64,000 bases of DNA from an uncultured Nitrospiraceae bacterium (GCA_963730935.1 CAVSTP010000002.1:736001-800000), one strand, 5' to 3'; counted from the stretch's first letter, positions 28,445-39,540 are shown. Translations and numbers: made by a program. Notes: generated by a model from the sequence alone, not told the origin.

Positions 28445-29500
28445 ATGAAACTCGTTCAAAAGCGTTCCAAGAAAACCGGCCTTCCTCCTGGCACACTGGT
28501 TCACATCGGTGAGCGGAAGTCGGAAAAAGTCACCGTCGCGGTCTTCCGCTACAGCACCACGAGATGCGAAGAGCTGCAAGTGGAGCAGGTCGACCAGCTG
28601 TCACCGCCTGCCGACGAATCGGTGATCTGGATTAATGTGGGCGGCGTTCACAAGGTGGAAATGGTCGAGATGCTGGGCAAGCAATTCTCTCTGCATCCTC
28701 TGTTGCTGGAAGATGTGACGAATACGGACCAGCGTCCCAAGCTTGACGATTATGAGGCATACATTTTTCTCGTCATGAAAATGCTGTCGTTGACGGACCG
28801 GAAAGATATCGCGGTCGAGCAGGTGAGCTGTGTGCTCGGCAAGAACTATGTGATCTCATTTCAAGAAAATGGGACGGATGTCTTCCAGCCAGTCCGGGAA
28901 CGTCTCCGCGGAGGGAAGGGTCGGCTGCGCCAGTCCGGCGCAGATTATTTGCTGTATGCACTGGTCGACGCCATCGTTGATCAATATTTTGCGGTCTTGG
29001 AGCATATTGGTGAAAAAATCGAGGCTGTGCAACAGGCCGTGGTCGATGATCCCAAACCAGAGACGCTCAATGAGATTCATGCCCTCAAGCGCCAGCTGCT
29101 CTTTGTTCGCCGGGCAGTCTGGCCCCTTCGCGATGTGATGACCAACCTGTCACGCTCGGACTGTCCCTTCCTTCAACAGCCAACCAAGCTCTTTTTCCGG
29201 GACGTCTACGATCATGTGGTGCAAATCGTCGATACCATCGAAATACTTCGCGACATGGTCTCGGCGAGTCTCGACATCTACCTGTCGAGTGTGAGCTACC
29301 GGCTCAACACGATCATGCGGGTGTTGACCGTCATTACCACCATCTTCATGCCGCTCAGCTTCATTGCGAGCATTTACGGCATGAACTTCGAATACATGCC
29401 AGAGCTGAGATCGCCATGGGGCTATCCGCTCGTGCTGGGCGTGATGGCGGCGGTAGGGGTCGGGATGTTGGTGTTGTTCAGGAATAAACGCTGGCTGTGA
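28445..29500 (+). CDS. corA: Magnesium/cobalt transporter CorA
   Basis: GLPPGTL, LHPLLLED, QRPK, YGMNF, MPEL. Confidence 0.95.
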   Translation: MKLVQKRSKKTGLPPGTLVHIGERKSEKVTVAVFRYSTTRCEELQVEQVDQLSPPADESVIWINVGGVHKVEMVEMLGKQFSLHPLLLEDVTNTDQRPKLDDYEAYIFLVMKMLSLTDRKDIAVEQVSCVLGKNYVISFQENGTDVFQPVRERLRGGKGRLRQSGADYLLYALVDAIVDQYFAVLEHIGEKIEAVQQAVVDDPKPETLNEIHALKRQLLFVRRAVWPLRDVMTNLSRSDCPFLQQPTKLFFRDVYDHVVQIVDTIEILRDMVSASLDIYLSSVSYRLNTIMRVLTVITTIFMPLSFIASIYGMNFEYMPELRSPWGYPLVLGVMAAVGVGMLVLFRNKRWL

Positions 29501-29544
29501 GAGCACGTTGAACGTGCTCTCGCGCGAGATTGCTCCGCGCTCGG

Positions 29545-29925
29545 CTACTCTTGGAGCTCGACGCGATCGACGAAGTACGGCGTATCGCCGAAGCAGGTGG
29601 TCGGCAGGTAACGAAACTCTTTGTAGTGGAGCACGACGCGCTTCCCCATCACCTGGGAAAGCTGTTGAGCCACTGCATCGTCCCAGATCGTAAATTCCCA
29701 AAGAACCGGCGCCGTCCCCGGGACGGTCGTCATGGCGAGCTCGCCCTCATGCGTCTTGCAGAGCCATCCCTTCGTTGAGAACTTTTGAATATATCCAGCG
29801 CGATTGCCGTCCGAGTAGCTGTAGTTGAACGCAACCATCAGCGCACCTGCCGCCAGAAAGAACAGCAAGAGCAAGACTCGGGGGCTAAAGAGCCATAACG
29901 GGAAAAGGACCGATGCCCAATTCAT
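29545..29925 (-). CDS. Conserved hypothetical membrane-anchored protein
   Basis: N-terminal TM; YSDGNRAG..QKFS.KGW..KT.EGEL. Confidence 0.75.
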   Translation of the reverse strand: MNWASVLFPLWLFSPRVLLLLFFLAAGALMVAFNYSYSDGNRAGYIQKFSTKGWLCKTHEGELAMTTVPGTAPVLWEFTIWDDAVAQQLSQVMGKRVVLHYKEFRYLPTTCFGDTPYFVDRVELQE

Positions 29926-29939
29926 GCAGCCTCCTTGGC

Positions 29940-30563
29940 CTAGGGACGAATATCGGAGAACAGCCAGGGAGCCTCGACCTTTCGGCGGGCCTCATAGGCT
30001 GCGATCGCGGGCTCATGTTGCAAGCTGAGGCCGATTGAATCCAGTCCTCGATAGAGGCAATCTTTCCTGAAGGGATCGATCGAGAAGCGATAGGAGGTTC
30101 CCTCGGGCGTCGCGACGGTCTGCTCGGCGAGGTCCACGGTCGCTTGATATCCGGGCTTGGACAAGACGTCCTTCATCATCGTCTGAACGTGTTGGGGCTC
30201 CAGGACCACGGGTAGAATACCGTTTTGAAAACAGTTGTTGTAAAAAATGTCGGCGAAACTGGCCGCGATCACGCAACGGAACCCTTGATCGAGCAGGGCC
30301 CAGGGGGCATGTTCGCGCGAGGAGCCGCAGCCGAAGTTGTCTCGCGTGAGAAGAATCGTCGCCCCCTGGTAACGGGGTTGGTTCAAAAAGAATGACGGAT
30401 CGGGCGAACCATCTTTCTGCCGCCTCCAGTCAAAAAACAAGCCCTCGCTGAGGCCGGTTCGCTTAATGGTCTTGAGAAACTGCTTGGGAATGATTTGATC
30501 GGTGTCGACATTGACGCGGTCCAGCGGCGCGACGAGACCGGTGAGTTGGGTGAACGGCTGCAT
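29940..30563 (-). CDS. leuD: 3-isopropylmalate dehydratase small subunit
   Basis: [30 protein letters not shown]. Confidence 0.97.
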   Translation of the reverse strand: MQPFTQLTGLVAPLDRVNVDTDQIIPKQFLKTIKRTGLSEGLFFDWRRQKDGSPDPSFFLNQPRYQGATILLTRDNFGCGSSREHAPWALLDQGFRCVIAASFADIFYNNCFQNGILPVVLEPQHVQTMMKDVLSKPGYQATVDLAEQTVATPEGTSYRFSIDPFRKDCLYRGLDSIGLSLQHEPAIAAYEARRKVEAPWLFSDIRP

Positions 30564-30570
30564 GCAACAG

Positions 30571-31974
30571 TTACCTCCAGTGACGGATGTCGACGAAATG
30601 GCCTTCGACGGCCGCAGCGACCGCCATTGCGGGAGAGACCAGATGAGTGCGGCCTCCGGCCCCCTGACGGCCTTCGAAGTTGCGATTGCTCGTTGACGCG
30701 CAGCGCTCCCCGGGTTGGAGCACGTCCGCATTCATGGCAAGGCACATACTACAGCCCGGTTCCCGCCATTCAAATCCCGCCTCGGTAAAGATTCGATCGA
30801 GTCCTTCAGCTTCCGCTTGTTGTTTGATGAGCCCGGAGCCGGGGACCACCATGGCCCGCACCGTTTTCGCAATGCGCTTGCCTCTGGCCAGGCTGGCCGC
30901 GAGCCGCAAGTCCTCCATCCGAGAGTTCGTGCAGGACCCAATGAACACCCGGTCGATATTGATGTCGGTGATGAGCATGTTGGCGGTGAGGCCCATATAG
31001 GCGAGGGCGCGCTCGATGGCCTGGCGCGATTTCTCGTCGGCGATCACCTTGGGATCCGGAACCCTGCCGTCCACCCCTGTCACCATTCCCGGGCTCGTGC
31101 CCCAACTGACTTGTGGTGCGATGTCTTCGGCCTTGATGACGACGGTCGCGTCGTAGGCGGCGTTGGCGTCCGTCTTGAGATCCCGCCAGACTTTCACAGC
31201 CTGCTCCCAGGAGTCGCCGGTGGGTGCCAGCGGACGGCCCTTGAGATAGGCAATCGTCTTCTCGTCCGGAGCCACCATGCCCGCCCGCGCCCCGCCTTCA
31301 ATCGACATGTTGCAGAGCGTCATGCGCCCTTCCATGCTGAGTGCGCGGATAACGGAGCCCGTGTATTCGATGACGTAGCCTGTCCCGCCGGCCGTGCCGA
31401 TTGTACCGATGATGGCCAGGATCACATCCTTCGCCGAGCAGCGGTCCGAAAGGACGCCCTCGACCCGGACTTCCATGGTCTTGGGCCGCTTCTGCACCAG
31501 GCACTGGGTTGCCAGCACGTGCTCAACCTCGCTGGTGCCGATCCCGAATGCCAAGGCGCCAAAGGCGCCGTGCGTCGACGTATGCGAGTCGCCGCAGACG
31601 ATCGTCGTGCCGGGGAGGGTGAAGCCTTGTTCAGGGCCGATCACATGCACGATGCCTTGCCGGATATCACTCATGTTGAATAGCGTAATGCCGAAGTCCC
31701 GGCAGTTGTCCTCCAGCGTTTGGATCTGGATTGCGCTCACGGGGTCCGCGATGCCCAGGCGGCGGTCGGTCGTCGGCACATTGTGGTCGGGAACCGCCAG
31801 CGTGGTCCCGGCTCGCCTCGGCCGGCGTCCGGCCAGCTTCAATCCTTCAAACGCCTGTGGCGAGGTGACTTCATGCACCAGTTGCCGGTCGATATACAGC
31901 AGCGTTGTCCCATCCGGCTCTGCGCGCACGACATGGGAATCCCAAATTTTATCGAAGAGGGTCTGACCCGACAT
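30571..31974 (-). CDS. leuC: 3-isopropylmalate dehydratase large subunit
   Basis: [37 protein letters not shown]. Confidence 0.97.
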   Translation of the reverse strand: MSGQTLFDKIWDSHVVRAEPDGTTLLYIDRQLVHEVTSPQAFEGLKLAGRRPRRAGTTLAVPDHNVPTTDRRLGIADPVSAIQIQTLEDNCRDFGITLFNMSDIRQGIVHVIGPEQGFTLPGTTIVCGDSHTSTHGAFGALAFGIGTSEVEHVLATQCLVQKRPKTMEVRVEGVLSDRCSAKDVILAIIGTIGTAGGTGYVIEYTGSVIRALSMEGRMTLCNMSIEGGARAGMVAPDEKTIAYLKGRPLAPTGDSWEQAVKVWRDLKTDANAAYDATVVIKAEDIAPQVSWGTSPGMVTGVDGRVPDPKVIADEKSRQAIERALAYMGLTANMLITDINIDRVFIGSCTNSRMEDLRLAASLARGKRIAKTVRAMVVPGSGLIKQQAEAEGLDRIFTEAGFEWREPGCSMCLAMNADVLQPGERCASTSNRNFEGRQGAGGRTHLVSPAMAVAAAVEGHFVDIRHWR

Positions 31975-32108
31975 ACCTGCTCCTGATCAATGGATAAGAG
32001 GCGCCATTATACAGAGATTGCCCATGGGATTTACAGGGGCGTTGCCCTTGCCCTCGTGCCAGGGACGTGCTACCACGCTGCGAGCATAGGGATTCAGGGG
32101 CCAAGGTC

Positions 32109-32579
32109 ATGACGCCACAGCCGTGGATGGATCCTGCCGTGGTGCAGTGGATACAGCAGGTGCTCGACAGCTATCGACATTGGATCGGAAGGGAGCTGAT
32201 CGAGCGATATGGCGAGCCGGAGTTTCAAGCTCGTGCCTTGTTTGAGTCGCCGCTGGTCGTGGTGTCGCACGGGACGGAAGCCGATCCCATCCTCAACTAC
32301 GGCAACCAGACGGCGTTGGACCTGTGGGAAATGACCTGGGAACAGCTGATCAAAACGCCATCGCGGCTCACAGCGGAGCCGGTCAATCGCGCCGAACGCG
32401 AGTGGATGCTAGAACAGGCCCGAACACGCGGCTTCATCGATACCTATCGAGGGGTCAGAATCTCAGGGACCGGCCGCCGGTTTCTCGTCGAGAATGCGCT
32501 CATCTGGAATGTGCTCGGTGCCGGCCATGAGCGGATCGGCCAGGCCGCGACCTTCTCGCGCTGGACCTGGCTGCCGTAG
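32109..32579 (+). CDS. Standalone MEKHLA domain protein
   Basis: SHGTEADPILNYGN, PSRLTAE, YRGVRIS, GQAATF. Confidence 0.9.
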   Translation: MTPQPWMDPAVVQWIQQVLDSYRHWIGRELIERYGEPEFQARALFESPLVVVSHGTEADPILNYGNQTALDLWEMTWEQLIKTPSRLTAEPVNRAEREWMLEQARTRGFIDTYRGVRISGTGRRFLVENALIWNVLGAGHERIGQAATFSRWTWLP

Positions 32580-32610
32580 CCGACGCCCTTTGCACAAGAC
32601 ATCGCTCGTG

Positions 32611-32820
32611 CTAGTCCGTCAGACGACGGAACCGCGGCTGGGGACGGCCGTCGATCATCACCGTGTCGAGGAACAAGGCGCGAGGCCGGATCCACAGGCC
32701 CCTCTCACCATACAACGCCCGATAGACGACGAATGGCTCTTCCGTCTCCGAATGTCGTGCTTCTCCGACGACCTCGTAGTCGTTCCCCTTATAGTGCCGA
32801 TAGCGGCCTGGTTCGATCAT
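32611..32820 (-). CDS. DUF1653 domain protein
   Basis: GRYRHYKG, HSETEE, VVYRALYG, WIRP, PRF. Confidence 0.92.
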   Translation of the reverse strand: MIEPGRYRHYKGNDYEVVGEARHSETEEPFVVYRALYGERGLWIRPRALFLDTVMIDGRPQPRFRRLTD

Positions 32821-32849
32821 CGTGTATCCTGTCGGTGGCCCCTATATAT

Positions 32850-33554
32850 ATGAGAAGCGCAGGAAAGAAAATGCCGGGGTCGCCGTCCCTTGCCGTTCTG
32901 ATGGCAGGCCTGCTCCTGTTGAGCCTCTCTTGCCAGGAACAAACGTGGGAATCGGTCATGGCTGCTGGGCAGCAAGCGGTGCAGCAGGGCAACTACGCCG
33001 AGGCCGAACGTATCTACCAGGTTGCGGTCAAGAAGGCCGAGAGGTACGGCCGTGAAGACCTCCGGGTTGCCGTCACTTTGTCGCAATTGGCGCAGGTCTA
33101 TGCCGGACAAGGTAAGCATGTTGAGGCGGAGCCCTTGTATCTGCAGGCGCTGAAGATCTATCAATCCGTGCATGGAGAGACGCACGCTGATGTAGCGGCG
33201 ACCCTGAACAATCTCGGCGTCCTCCATCGCATGTACGGGCAGTATGCGGAAGCCGAGCCGCTGCTGGTGCGAGCGCTGGCCATCAAGGAGCAACTATTGG
33301 GAAGCGACCATCCCGACGTCGCCTTGAGCGCTGCGAATCTCGGACAGTTGTACGTTGCGCAAGGACAGCCCGCGAAGGCCGAGCCCTTCTATCGCCGAGC
33401 GCTCTCGATCCGGCAAAAGACGTTGGGATCGTCGCATCCAGAGGTGGCCAAGACACTCGAGGACCTGGCCAACGTGCTGCGCAAGCTCGGCCGAAGTGGC
33501 GAGGCGGTCGCGCTCGATCTGCAGGCTCGCGAGATCCGCGCCAAGCGGAGTTGA
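32850..33554 (+). CDS. TPR lipoprotein (kinesin-light-chain-type repeats)
   Basis: SLSC lipobox; repeats of HPDVA..LNNL..LY..QG.Y..AEPL..RAL.I. Confidence 0.88.
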   Translation: MRSAGKKMPGSPSLAVLMAGLLLLSLSCQEQTWESVMAAGQQAVQQGNYAEAERIYQVAVKKAERYGREDLRVAVTLSQLAQVYAGQGKHVEAEPLYLQALKIYQSVHGETHADVAATLNNLGVLHRMYGQYAEAEPLLVRALAIKEQLLGSDHPDVALSAANLGQLYVAQGQPAKAEPFYRRALSIRQKTLGSSHPEVAKTLEDLANVLRKLGRSGEAVALDLQAREIRAKRS

Positions 33555-33585
33555 ACCTGCCACGTCTCTCGTTGTAGCGTAGTCC

Positions 33586-33828
33586 ATGATGAAAGACGAT
33601 CAGCCGGCTCCCACCAATTGGCGCATGAACGCAATGGTGGCCCGCGTTGTCGGCATTGTGTCCATCGCCCTCGGATTCATTCTGGGGATGTACGGCCTTG
33701 ATGAGCAGGGATCCCGATGGCTGCAGACGGCGTTGGGATTGCTCGTCACGGGCATGCTGGCACAGGGCTACGCGCTGTATTGTTCCGTCAAGCGGATGCA
33801 GCAACTTCACGATCAATCGAAGACATGA
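33586..33828 (+). CDS. Small two-TM hypothetical protein
   Basis: 80 aa, two hydrophobic segments, ATGA overlap with next gene. Confidence 0.7.
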   Translation: MMKDDQPAPTNWRMNAMVARVVGIVSIALGFILGMYGLDEQGSRWLQTALGLLVTGMLAQGYALYCSVKRMQQLHDQSKT

Positions 33829-34256
33829 AGCTTGCCCGCAGAACGCTCGCATTCCGCGCATGGTTCCTCCTGTTGGTCCTCGCCTTTCTGGCCGCTTGCG
33901 GCGGTCCCTGGCGGGACGGATATTTCAAAAAAGGCGTGGACCGGCTGACGCAGGAGGAAGTCTCCGAGAAGATGGGCCCGCCCCACACGGCCAAGACTCC
34001 TGCGCTCGGCGGCGACACCATTTGGACCTACCGCGTGCCATACAGCGACAAGGACCTGAATCCGATGGACCTGTCAGGCATTACCAATGCGGCAAACGAG
34101 GCAGCGTCGTTAATCGGAAAGGGACCGCAGGAAGGCCCCAAGCCGACCTTGTACTGCTACCGCTATACCTTGACCTTCGATGAGCAAAAAGTGCTCAAAA
34201 GCTGGAAACGAGAGGAGTGCGTTCCGGGCACACGAAATGCCTTGCATACCGACTAG
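33825..34256 (+). CDS. Lipoprotein, SmpA/BamE-like small domain
   Basis: LAAC lipobox; TQEEV..KMGPP, WTY, LTFD..VL. Confidence 0.7.
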   Translation: MKLARRTLAFRAWFLLLVLAFLAACGGPWRDGYFKKGVDRLTQEEVSEKMGPPHTAKTPALGGDTIWTYRVPYSDKDLNPMDLSGITNAANEAASLIGKGPQEGPKPTLYCYRYTLTFDEQKVLKSWKREECVPGTRNALHTD

Positions 34257-34280
34257 GCGAGCAGCGTGGCCGCTCCATCC

Positions 34281-35099
34281 ATGATCACATGGCTTCCGCA
34301 GATCGATAGCTCCATCGTTCTTGACAGCCTCAAGTCCCTTCTACTACTGCTCTCCGTCCTGATCGCTCGGACCCTCACCGTCCGCTCCATCTCCAGAAAT
34401 TCCGCGCTCACGATGGAAGCCAAGCGTCGGTGGGTGGTGACCGTACGCAACTCGATGGTCTTCGTGTTCCTGCTTGGTCTGGTCGTCATATGGGCGCATG
34501 AGCTGCAGGCCTTTGCCGTCTCCCTGGTTGCTCTCGCGGCGGCGCTGGTCTTAGCGACCAAGGAACTGCTCCTGTGCTGGAGCGGAGCCGCGTTGCGCGT
34601 TGGCGGCAAGGTGTACTCGGTGGGAGACCGGATCCAAGTCGCTGGCCATCGCGGCGTGGTGTTGGACCATGATATTTTTGCGACAAAACTATTGGAGATC
34701 GGCCCGGGACAGTCGTCGCACCTGTATACCGGGCGCGTAACGGTGTTCCCCAATAGCCTGCTGTTCACCAATCCGCTGATCAAAGAAAATCCCAACCAGG
34801 AGTACGGTCTGTACACGCTCACGGTTCCGCTGCCGGCCGAGAAGGACTGGAAGGTGGCCGAGACGCGGCTGCTCGAATCGGCCAAGGCTGAATGCGCGCC
34901 GTTTATGCAGGAAGCCAGCCGGCAGATGAAGCTGCTCGAGCAACAGAATCTACTGGAGGCTCCTTCGCCGGAGCCTCGTATTACCATTCAATTGTCGGAC
35001 ACCGGCCGGATTGTGCTGGTGTTACGCTTTCCGGCTCCCGACCGGGGCCGCTCCCGCATCGAACAGGCAATCCTCCGGCGGTATCTGGGGTCAGTCTGA
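34281..35099 (+). CDS. MscS-family mechanosensitive channel
   Basis: Three TMs, YSVGDRI, G.V.D, FPNSLL. Confidence 0.88.
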   Translation: MITWLPQIDSSIVLDSLKSLLLLLSVLIARTLTVRSISRNSALTMEAKRRWVVTVRNSMVFVFLLGLVVIWAHELQAFAVSLVALAAALVLATKELLLCWSGAALRVGGKVYSVGDRIQVAGHRGVVLDHDIFATKLLEIGPGQSSHLYTGRVTVFPNSLLFTNPLIKENPNQEYGLYTLTVPLPAEKDWKVAETRLLESAKAECAPFMQEASRQMKLLEQQNLLEAPSPEPRITIQLSDTGRIVLVLRFPAPDRGRSRIEQAILRRYLGSV

Positions 35100-35283
35100 C
35101 TCCTCTCGATGGCGTATCTCTTGACAGGGTATGGTCCTCATGCGACGCTGGGCGCCCTGACGTCGCCGGAAACTTTCAGCCCATCATCATGCACGATAGC
35201 CTAGGCTTTTCGACAGATCACCGTCCATGAACAGCCTCGGGTCCAACCTTCAGTCAGCCGGCCTGGTCCCGTCGAACAAGACG

Positions 35284-36060
35284 ATGAAAATCGCCACCTA
35301 TAACGTCAACTCGCTTCGTAAGCGACTTCCCATCGTCATCGAGTGGCTGGACAAACAGAAGCCGGACATTCTCTGCCTTCAAGAAACGAAGGTGCAGGAC
35401 AGCGAGTTCCCGCTCATGGCGTTAATCCCCTCAGGTTATGAAATCGGCTTCCGAGGGATGAAGAGCTACAATGGTGTGGCCATCCTCACTCGAACCAAAC
35501 CGGAGTCCGTGCGGGCCGGGTTGGACGACGGCGGTGAACCGGACGAGCCGAGACTGCTCCACGTCGTGGTCGGCGGGATCACCATTCTCAACACCTACAT
35601 TCCGCAGGGATTCGAGATCGATTCGCCAAAATATGTGTACAAGCTCGAGTGGTACAAGCGGCTCCGAGCCTACTTCGAGAAGCACCTCTCACCGACGCTG
35701 CCTGCAATTTGGTGTGGGGACATGAATGTGGCACCGAGGGCGATGGACGTCCATAGTCCAGAAAAACATCTCACGCACGTGTGCTATCACGAGGCCGCGC
35801 GAAAGGCCTATGAAGCGACGGTATCGTGGGGATTTCACGACGTCTTCGTGCGGATGTATCCGGAGCGGCAGCAGTTTACGTTTTGGGATTATCGCGCGCC
35901 GAGTTCGTTGGAGGCGAATAAAGGCTGGCGCATCGACCATATCCTGGCGACGGCCCCTCTGGCGGAAAAATGTCTGCGGGTTGAGGTTGATGTTGAGCCC
36001 CGGCGGTCCAAGGACCCCTCCGATCACACCTTTCTCTGGGCGGAATTCAACATTAGCTGA
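35284..36060 (+). CDS. xth: Exodeoxyribonuclease III
   Basis: TYNVNS, CLQETK, YNGVA, GDMN, FTFWDYR, RIDH, SDH. Confidence 0.95.
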   Translation: MKIATYNVNSLRKRLPIVIEWLDKQKPDILCLQETKVQDSEFPLMALIPSGYEIGFRGMKSYNGVAILTRTKPESVRAGLDDGGEPDEPRLLHVVVGGITILNTYIPQGFEIDSPKYVYKLEWYKRLRAYFEKHLSPTLPAIWCGDMNVAPRAMDVHSPEKHLTHVCYHEAARKAYEATVSWGFHDVFVRMYPERQQFTFWDYRAPSSLEANKGWRIDHILATAPLAEKCLRVEVDVEPRRSKDPSDHTFLWAEFNIS

Positions 36061-36366
36061 GCAAGGCGAGATCGCGGTTGACCAATCGCTTGCATCCCGG
36101 GTGCACGAGCAAGGGGCCGGTGTGGTCGATCCATCGGCTGAGGTGCCTGGCGAGTGACGACGTGAAACCGTTTGTGGGCTGTTAGGAGCATCTAAAAATA
36201 TCACTCAATGAGGCCAGAGGCAGATGTCGAGCTCTGGAGGGCGGGAAGCTCACCGGCTCAGTGGAACCATCGGCGTCACTTCCCGATCATCCGCGAGCGC
36301 GACATCTACGTCTGTCCTATCCGGCGAAGCGCAAGTCGTTCACTTCGGCCGGACGAGGGCACATGC

Positions 36367-36537
36367 TTATGCCGCACGGAGCGTGGGGGGCGTCGAGCGT
36401 ATTCGTACAAGACGGTTTTGTTCGATCAATGGGTCTAGCACCAGCCCGCAGTTGATGCACCGCAAAACGGTTCCGCCGGTAGAATATTCCGGTCGCGATT
36501 CCGCAATCATCAAGCCTTTGCATTTTCTACAGGTCAT
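36367..36537 (-). CDS. Small Zn-finger (CxxC...CxxC) protein, 56 aa
   Basis: MTCRKCKGLM...RCINCG..LDPLI..NR; RBS AGGAGGTG. Confidence 0.8.
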   Translation of the reverse strand: MTCRKCKGLMIAESRPEYSTGGTVLRCINCGLVLDPLIEQNRLVRIRSTPPTLRAA

Positions 36538-36578
36538 GTCCCCACCTCCTGATGAATTCTTTTGTCCATACGACCGCG

Positions 36579-36622
36579 AATGTAGCAATGGAAGATTAAC
36601 GGGGAGTTAACGGTCAGTTAAA
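36579..36622 (-). promoter_or_regulatory. Three 11-bp-period TTAA(C/T) direct repeats upstream of a -10 box (Pho/OmpR-type box)
   Basis: Minus strand TTTAACTG-acc-GTTAACTC-ccc-GTTAATCT, then TACATT. Confidence 0.55.
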
Positions 36623-36756
36623 AATCTCTAATGTGAAACCCCGAGTCCATTAGTAGCCGTATGAGACGCAGGCTTGGTTTCAAGCGGTCTAAGCCATGGA
36701 AACTTTAGCGAGTTTTGCCCGTTCCCGACTGGTTGGCCGTACAGACTCTCGACCGC

Positions 36757-37398
36757 TCAGGCAGGGTGGGCGAAATGTTGACGGAACCATTTCAAGGCCT
36801 CCTCGGCCACTTGCTCGAGCGTCCCCGGTTCTTCAAACAAATGCGTCGCACCCGGAATGATCATCAGTTGCTTTGGGCCTCTGAGAAGCGGGTAGGCATG
36901 CTGATTCATCTCGATCACGGGGTGATCTTCGCTGCCGACCAGGAGCAGGGTCGGGGCGATCACCTGAGGCAGGAAACGTTCGGCGAGGTCAGGCCGCCCT
37001 CCGCGCGACACAATGGCTCCCACCTCAAAAGAAGCTTGTGCAGCGGCTTGGAGAGCGGCGGCCGCTCCGGTGCTGGCACCGAAGTAGCCCAATGGCAGTT
37101 CCTTGGTACGAGAGTCTTCTCGAAGCCAGGCGCTCGCCATCATCACACGATCGGATAAGAGATCAATGTCGAAGACGTTGCGCCGATCCTCCGCCTCATG
37201 CGTCATTAACAGATCGATCAGGAGTGTGGCGATCCCTCCCTGCTGAAGCTGACGAGCCACAAAGCGGTTACGTGGGCTGAATCGACCGCTCCCGCTCCCA
37301 TGCGCAAATAGAACGATGCCGGCGGGTGTGGACGGGATCTCGAGGAACCCGCCGAGGTCCGTGTGGTCATCCCTAATCGTGACTGGCTCCTCGACCAT
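36757..37398 (-). CDS. Dienelactone-hydrolase-like alpha/beta hydrolase
   Basis: VLFAHGSGSGRFSPRN, GYFGASTGAA, VSRGGRPDLA, GATHLFEE. Confidence 0.9.
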   Translation of the reverse strand: MVEEPVTIRDDHTDLGGFLEIPSTPAGIVLFAHGSGSGRFSPRNRFVARQLQQGGIATLLIDLLMTHEAEDRRNVFDIDLLSDRVMMASAWLREDSRTKELPLGYFGASTGAAAALQAAAQASFEVGAIVSRGGRPDLAERFLPQVIAPTLLLVGSEDHPVIEMNQHAYPLLRGPKQLMIIPGATHLFEEPGTLEQVAEEALKWFRQHFAHPA

Positions 37399-37815
37399 GC
37401 CGTTCCTCCGCGATGACGATATGCTTCACAGGAACATTTTGGCGCTTCTGTGATTCAATGAGAACAGGGGAAAAGGGAAGATCCATGCCTGCTCGATGCT
37501 CATTTCCCGTAGGCGGTAAGCTGACAAGTCCCCCGATCGAATTTCGGTCTTGTACTACCCCTTTGCCGCTTGCTATCCTCCCCGCTCCCGTACTACGGAA
37601 ACAGTACCAATAATTGCGCACCGGTATTCGGAGTCGTGCAAGGTCCATCGGCCCACCGCTCTGGTTCCTCCTGGCTCGCTTCCGGACCACGGTTTTTTCG
37701 TGAAGTCTCGAACGTAATAGGACTTCTCGTCCAAGATTCCTTTTGATAGGCGCCCAGCAATCACCTCCATCCTAATTCGACCACGTAAACCCACGAACAA
37801 GAATCGGGCAAACAC

Positions 37816-39540
37816 GTGAACACCAACCTGCCCACAAGAGCACACAGAAGAGGAGTTTCTTCCATCTCGGTGCCCGTCGTGTTGGTTCTCTGCTTTGTGA
37901 CGGCGGTCGCGTTGGATCTGTACGCACTGGTGTTTCTGCGCGCACTGCTCGTGAACGACAGGGGCGGTGATCTCGCAAGCACGGCCGTCAAGGGTGCTCA
38001 CACGCTCGATCGGGTATTGTTTGAGCGGTACGAGGACATCAGAGTGTTCGCGACCGACCGGACTCTCTTGGAAGGTGAGGAGGCTGAGAAGACCAGAAGA
38101 TTGCGGCAATATCAACAGCTCTACGGCTATTACTCCTGGATCGGCACTACCGATGCGGCCGGCCACATGACGGCGGCCACGGAATCGAATGGCCACTCGC
38201 CCGCTGGTAGGTCTCGCCCCCTGGCGTCGTTTGAAACCGTCAAACAGACGCGGCGTGTTCACTTGGAGGTGGCCAGCGGGTCAGATGAGACCGGTCCGGA
38301 GGTGATCTTTTCCGCACCTCTTGATGACCCAGGGGGAGAATTTCGCGGGGCTGTGATCAGCCGTATGCCGCTGGAGCAGTTTCGAGCCATCCTCGATGAG
38401 GAAGGTGAAGTGCAGGAGGAAAAGGACGCAATCGATTGGATTTTGCTCGATCGTGAAGGCGTCATACTTCTCCAAAAAAGTCAGCCGATCGGCGTCCCGC
38501 CCTCTGTTAGAGCCCAGTCTGTCTCCTTTAAACGGGCTGCGGAAGGCCCTGAGAGAAACGGTTTTGTGGAGGAATTGCGCGAACAGGATGGAAGTCCTGT
38601 CGTGACCGGATTTGCGCGGACCAGAGGGTACAGAGACTTTTCCGGATTCGGATGGGTGGTGCTGGTTCAGCTGGATCGTGCCTCGGCGTATGCGCCGATC
38701 AACAAGCTGGTCTGGATGGTCGGTCTCATCGGGCTATTAGTGGTCGCACCCCTCACCGGGTTCGGTCTGTTCGCGTCGCGGAAACTGGTGCGTGAACGCC
38801 AGGATCTGCTTCTCGCGCGTCAGAAATTGGAACAATCGCTCGCGGAGTTGGCGCGTTCAAACTCAGATTTGCAGCAGTTCGCTTATGTCGCGTCTCATGA
38901 CCTGCAGGAACCGTTGCGCATGGTAGCCAGTTACACACAACTGTTGGCGAAGCGCTATAAAGGGAAACTCGACAAAGACGCCGATGAATTTGTTGCGTTT
39001 GCCGTGAACGGCGCCAATCGCATGCAGGCGCTCATTCAGGATCTCCTCGCCTTTGCGCGGGTCGATACGCAGGGCCAGCACTTTGAACCGACCTCTCTCG
39101 AGGCACTCTTAGGCTATGCGCTCGACAACCTCAAAGGCGGAATCGAAGAAAGTGGCGCGGTCCTCACCCATGATCCTCTGCCCACCGTCATGGCCGATGA
39201 ACGCCAGGTCTTACACCTGCTCCAAAATCTCTTGAGCAATGCCATCAAGTTCCGGAAACAGGATCCTCCGCTCGTCCACATCTCCGCCGAAAAACGCGAC
39301 CGAGAATGGCTGTTCTCGGTTCGTGACAACGGCATCGGCATCGATCCGCAGTACGCCGAACGCATCTTTGTCATTTTCCAGCGTTTGCATACGAATGCCG
39401 AATATCCGGGAACCGGCATCGGTCTGTCGATCTGCAAAAAGATTGTGGAACGTCACGGCGGGCGCATTTGGATGGAATCTCAGCTAGGCCAAGGCGCAAC
39501 CTTTTTGTTCACGTTGCCCGTCAGAGACATGCCGTCGTAA
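37816..39540 (+). CDS. Membrane sensor histidine kinase (Cache-like sensor, Cph1-type HisKA)
   Basis: Two TMs; SNSDLQQFAYVASHDLQEPLR, NLLSNAIKF, DNGIG, GTGIGL. Confidence 0.93.
   Translation: MNTNLPTRAHRRGVSSISVPVVLVLCFVTAVALDLYALVFLRALLVNDRGGDLASTAVKGAHTLDRVLFERYEDIRVFATDRTLLEGEEAEKTRRLRQYQQLYGYYSWIGTTDAAGHMTAATESNGHSPAGRSRPLASFETVKQTRRVHLEVASGSDETGPEVIFSAPLDDPGGEFRGAVISRMPLEQFRAILDEEGEVQEEKDAIDWILLDREGVILLQKSQPIGVPPSVRAQSVSFKRAAEGPERNGFVEELREQDGSPVVTGFARTRGYRDFSGFGWVVLVQLDRASAYAPINKLVWMVGLIGLLVVAPLTGFGLFASRKLVRERQDLLLARQKLEQSLAELARSNSDLQQFAYVASHDLQEPLRMVASYTQLLAKRYKGKLDKDADEFVAFAVNGANRMQALIQDLLAFARVDTQGQHFEPTSLEALLGYALDNLKGGIEESGAVLTHDPLPTVMADERQVLHLLQNLLSNAIKFRKQDPPLVHISAEKRDREWLFSVRDNGIGIDPQYAERIFVIFQRLHTNAEYPGTGIGLSICKKIVERHGGRIWMESQLGQGATFLFTLPVRDMPS

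Noticed and set aside
30715..31683. 322-aa ORF antisense to leuC and other long antisense ORFs
   Set aside because: Expected shadow frames in GC-rich coding DNA; no motifs.
36061..36366. Intergenic region as a possible ncRNA or integration boundary
   Set aside because: One imperfect hairpin only; no tRNA, att-like repeat or integrase seen.
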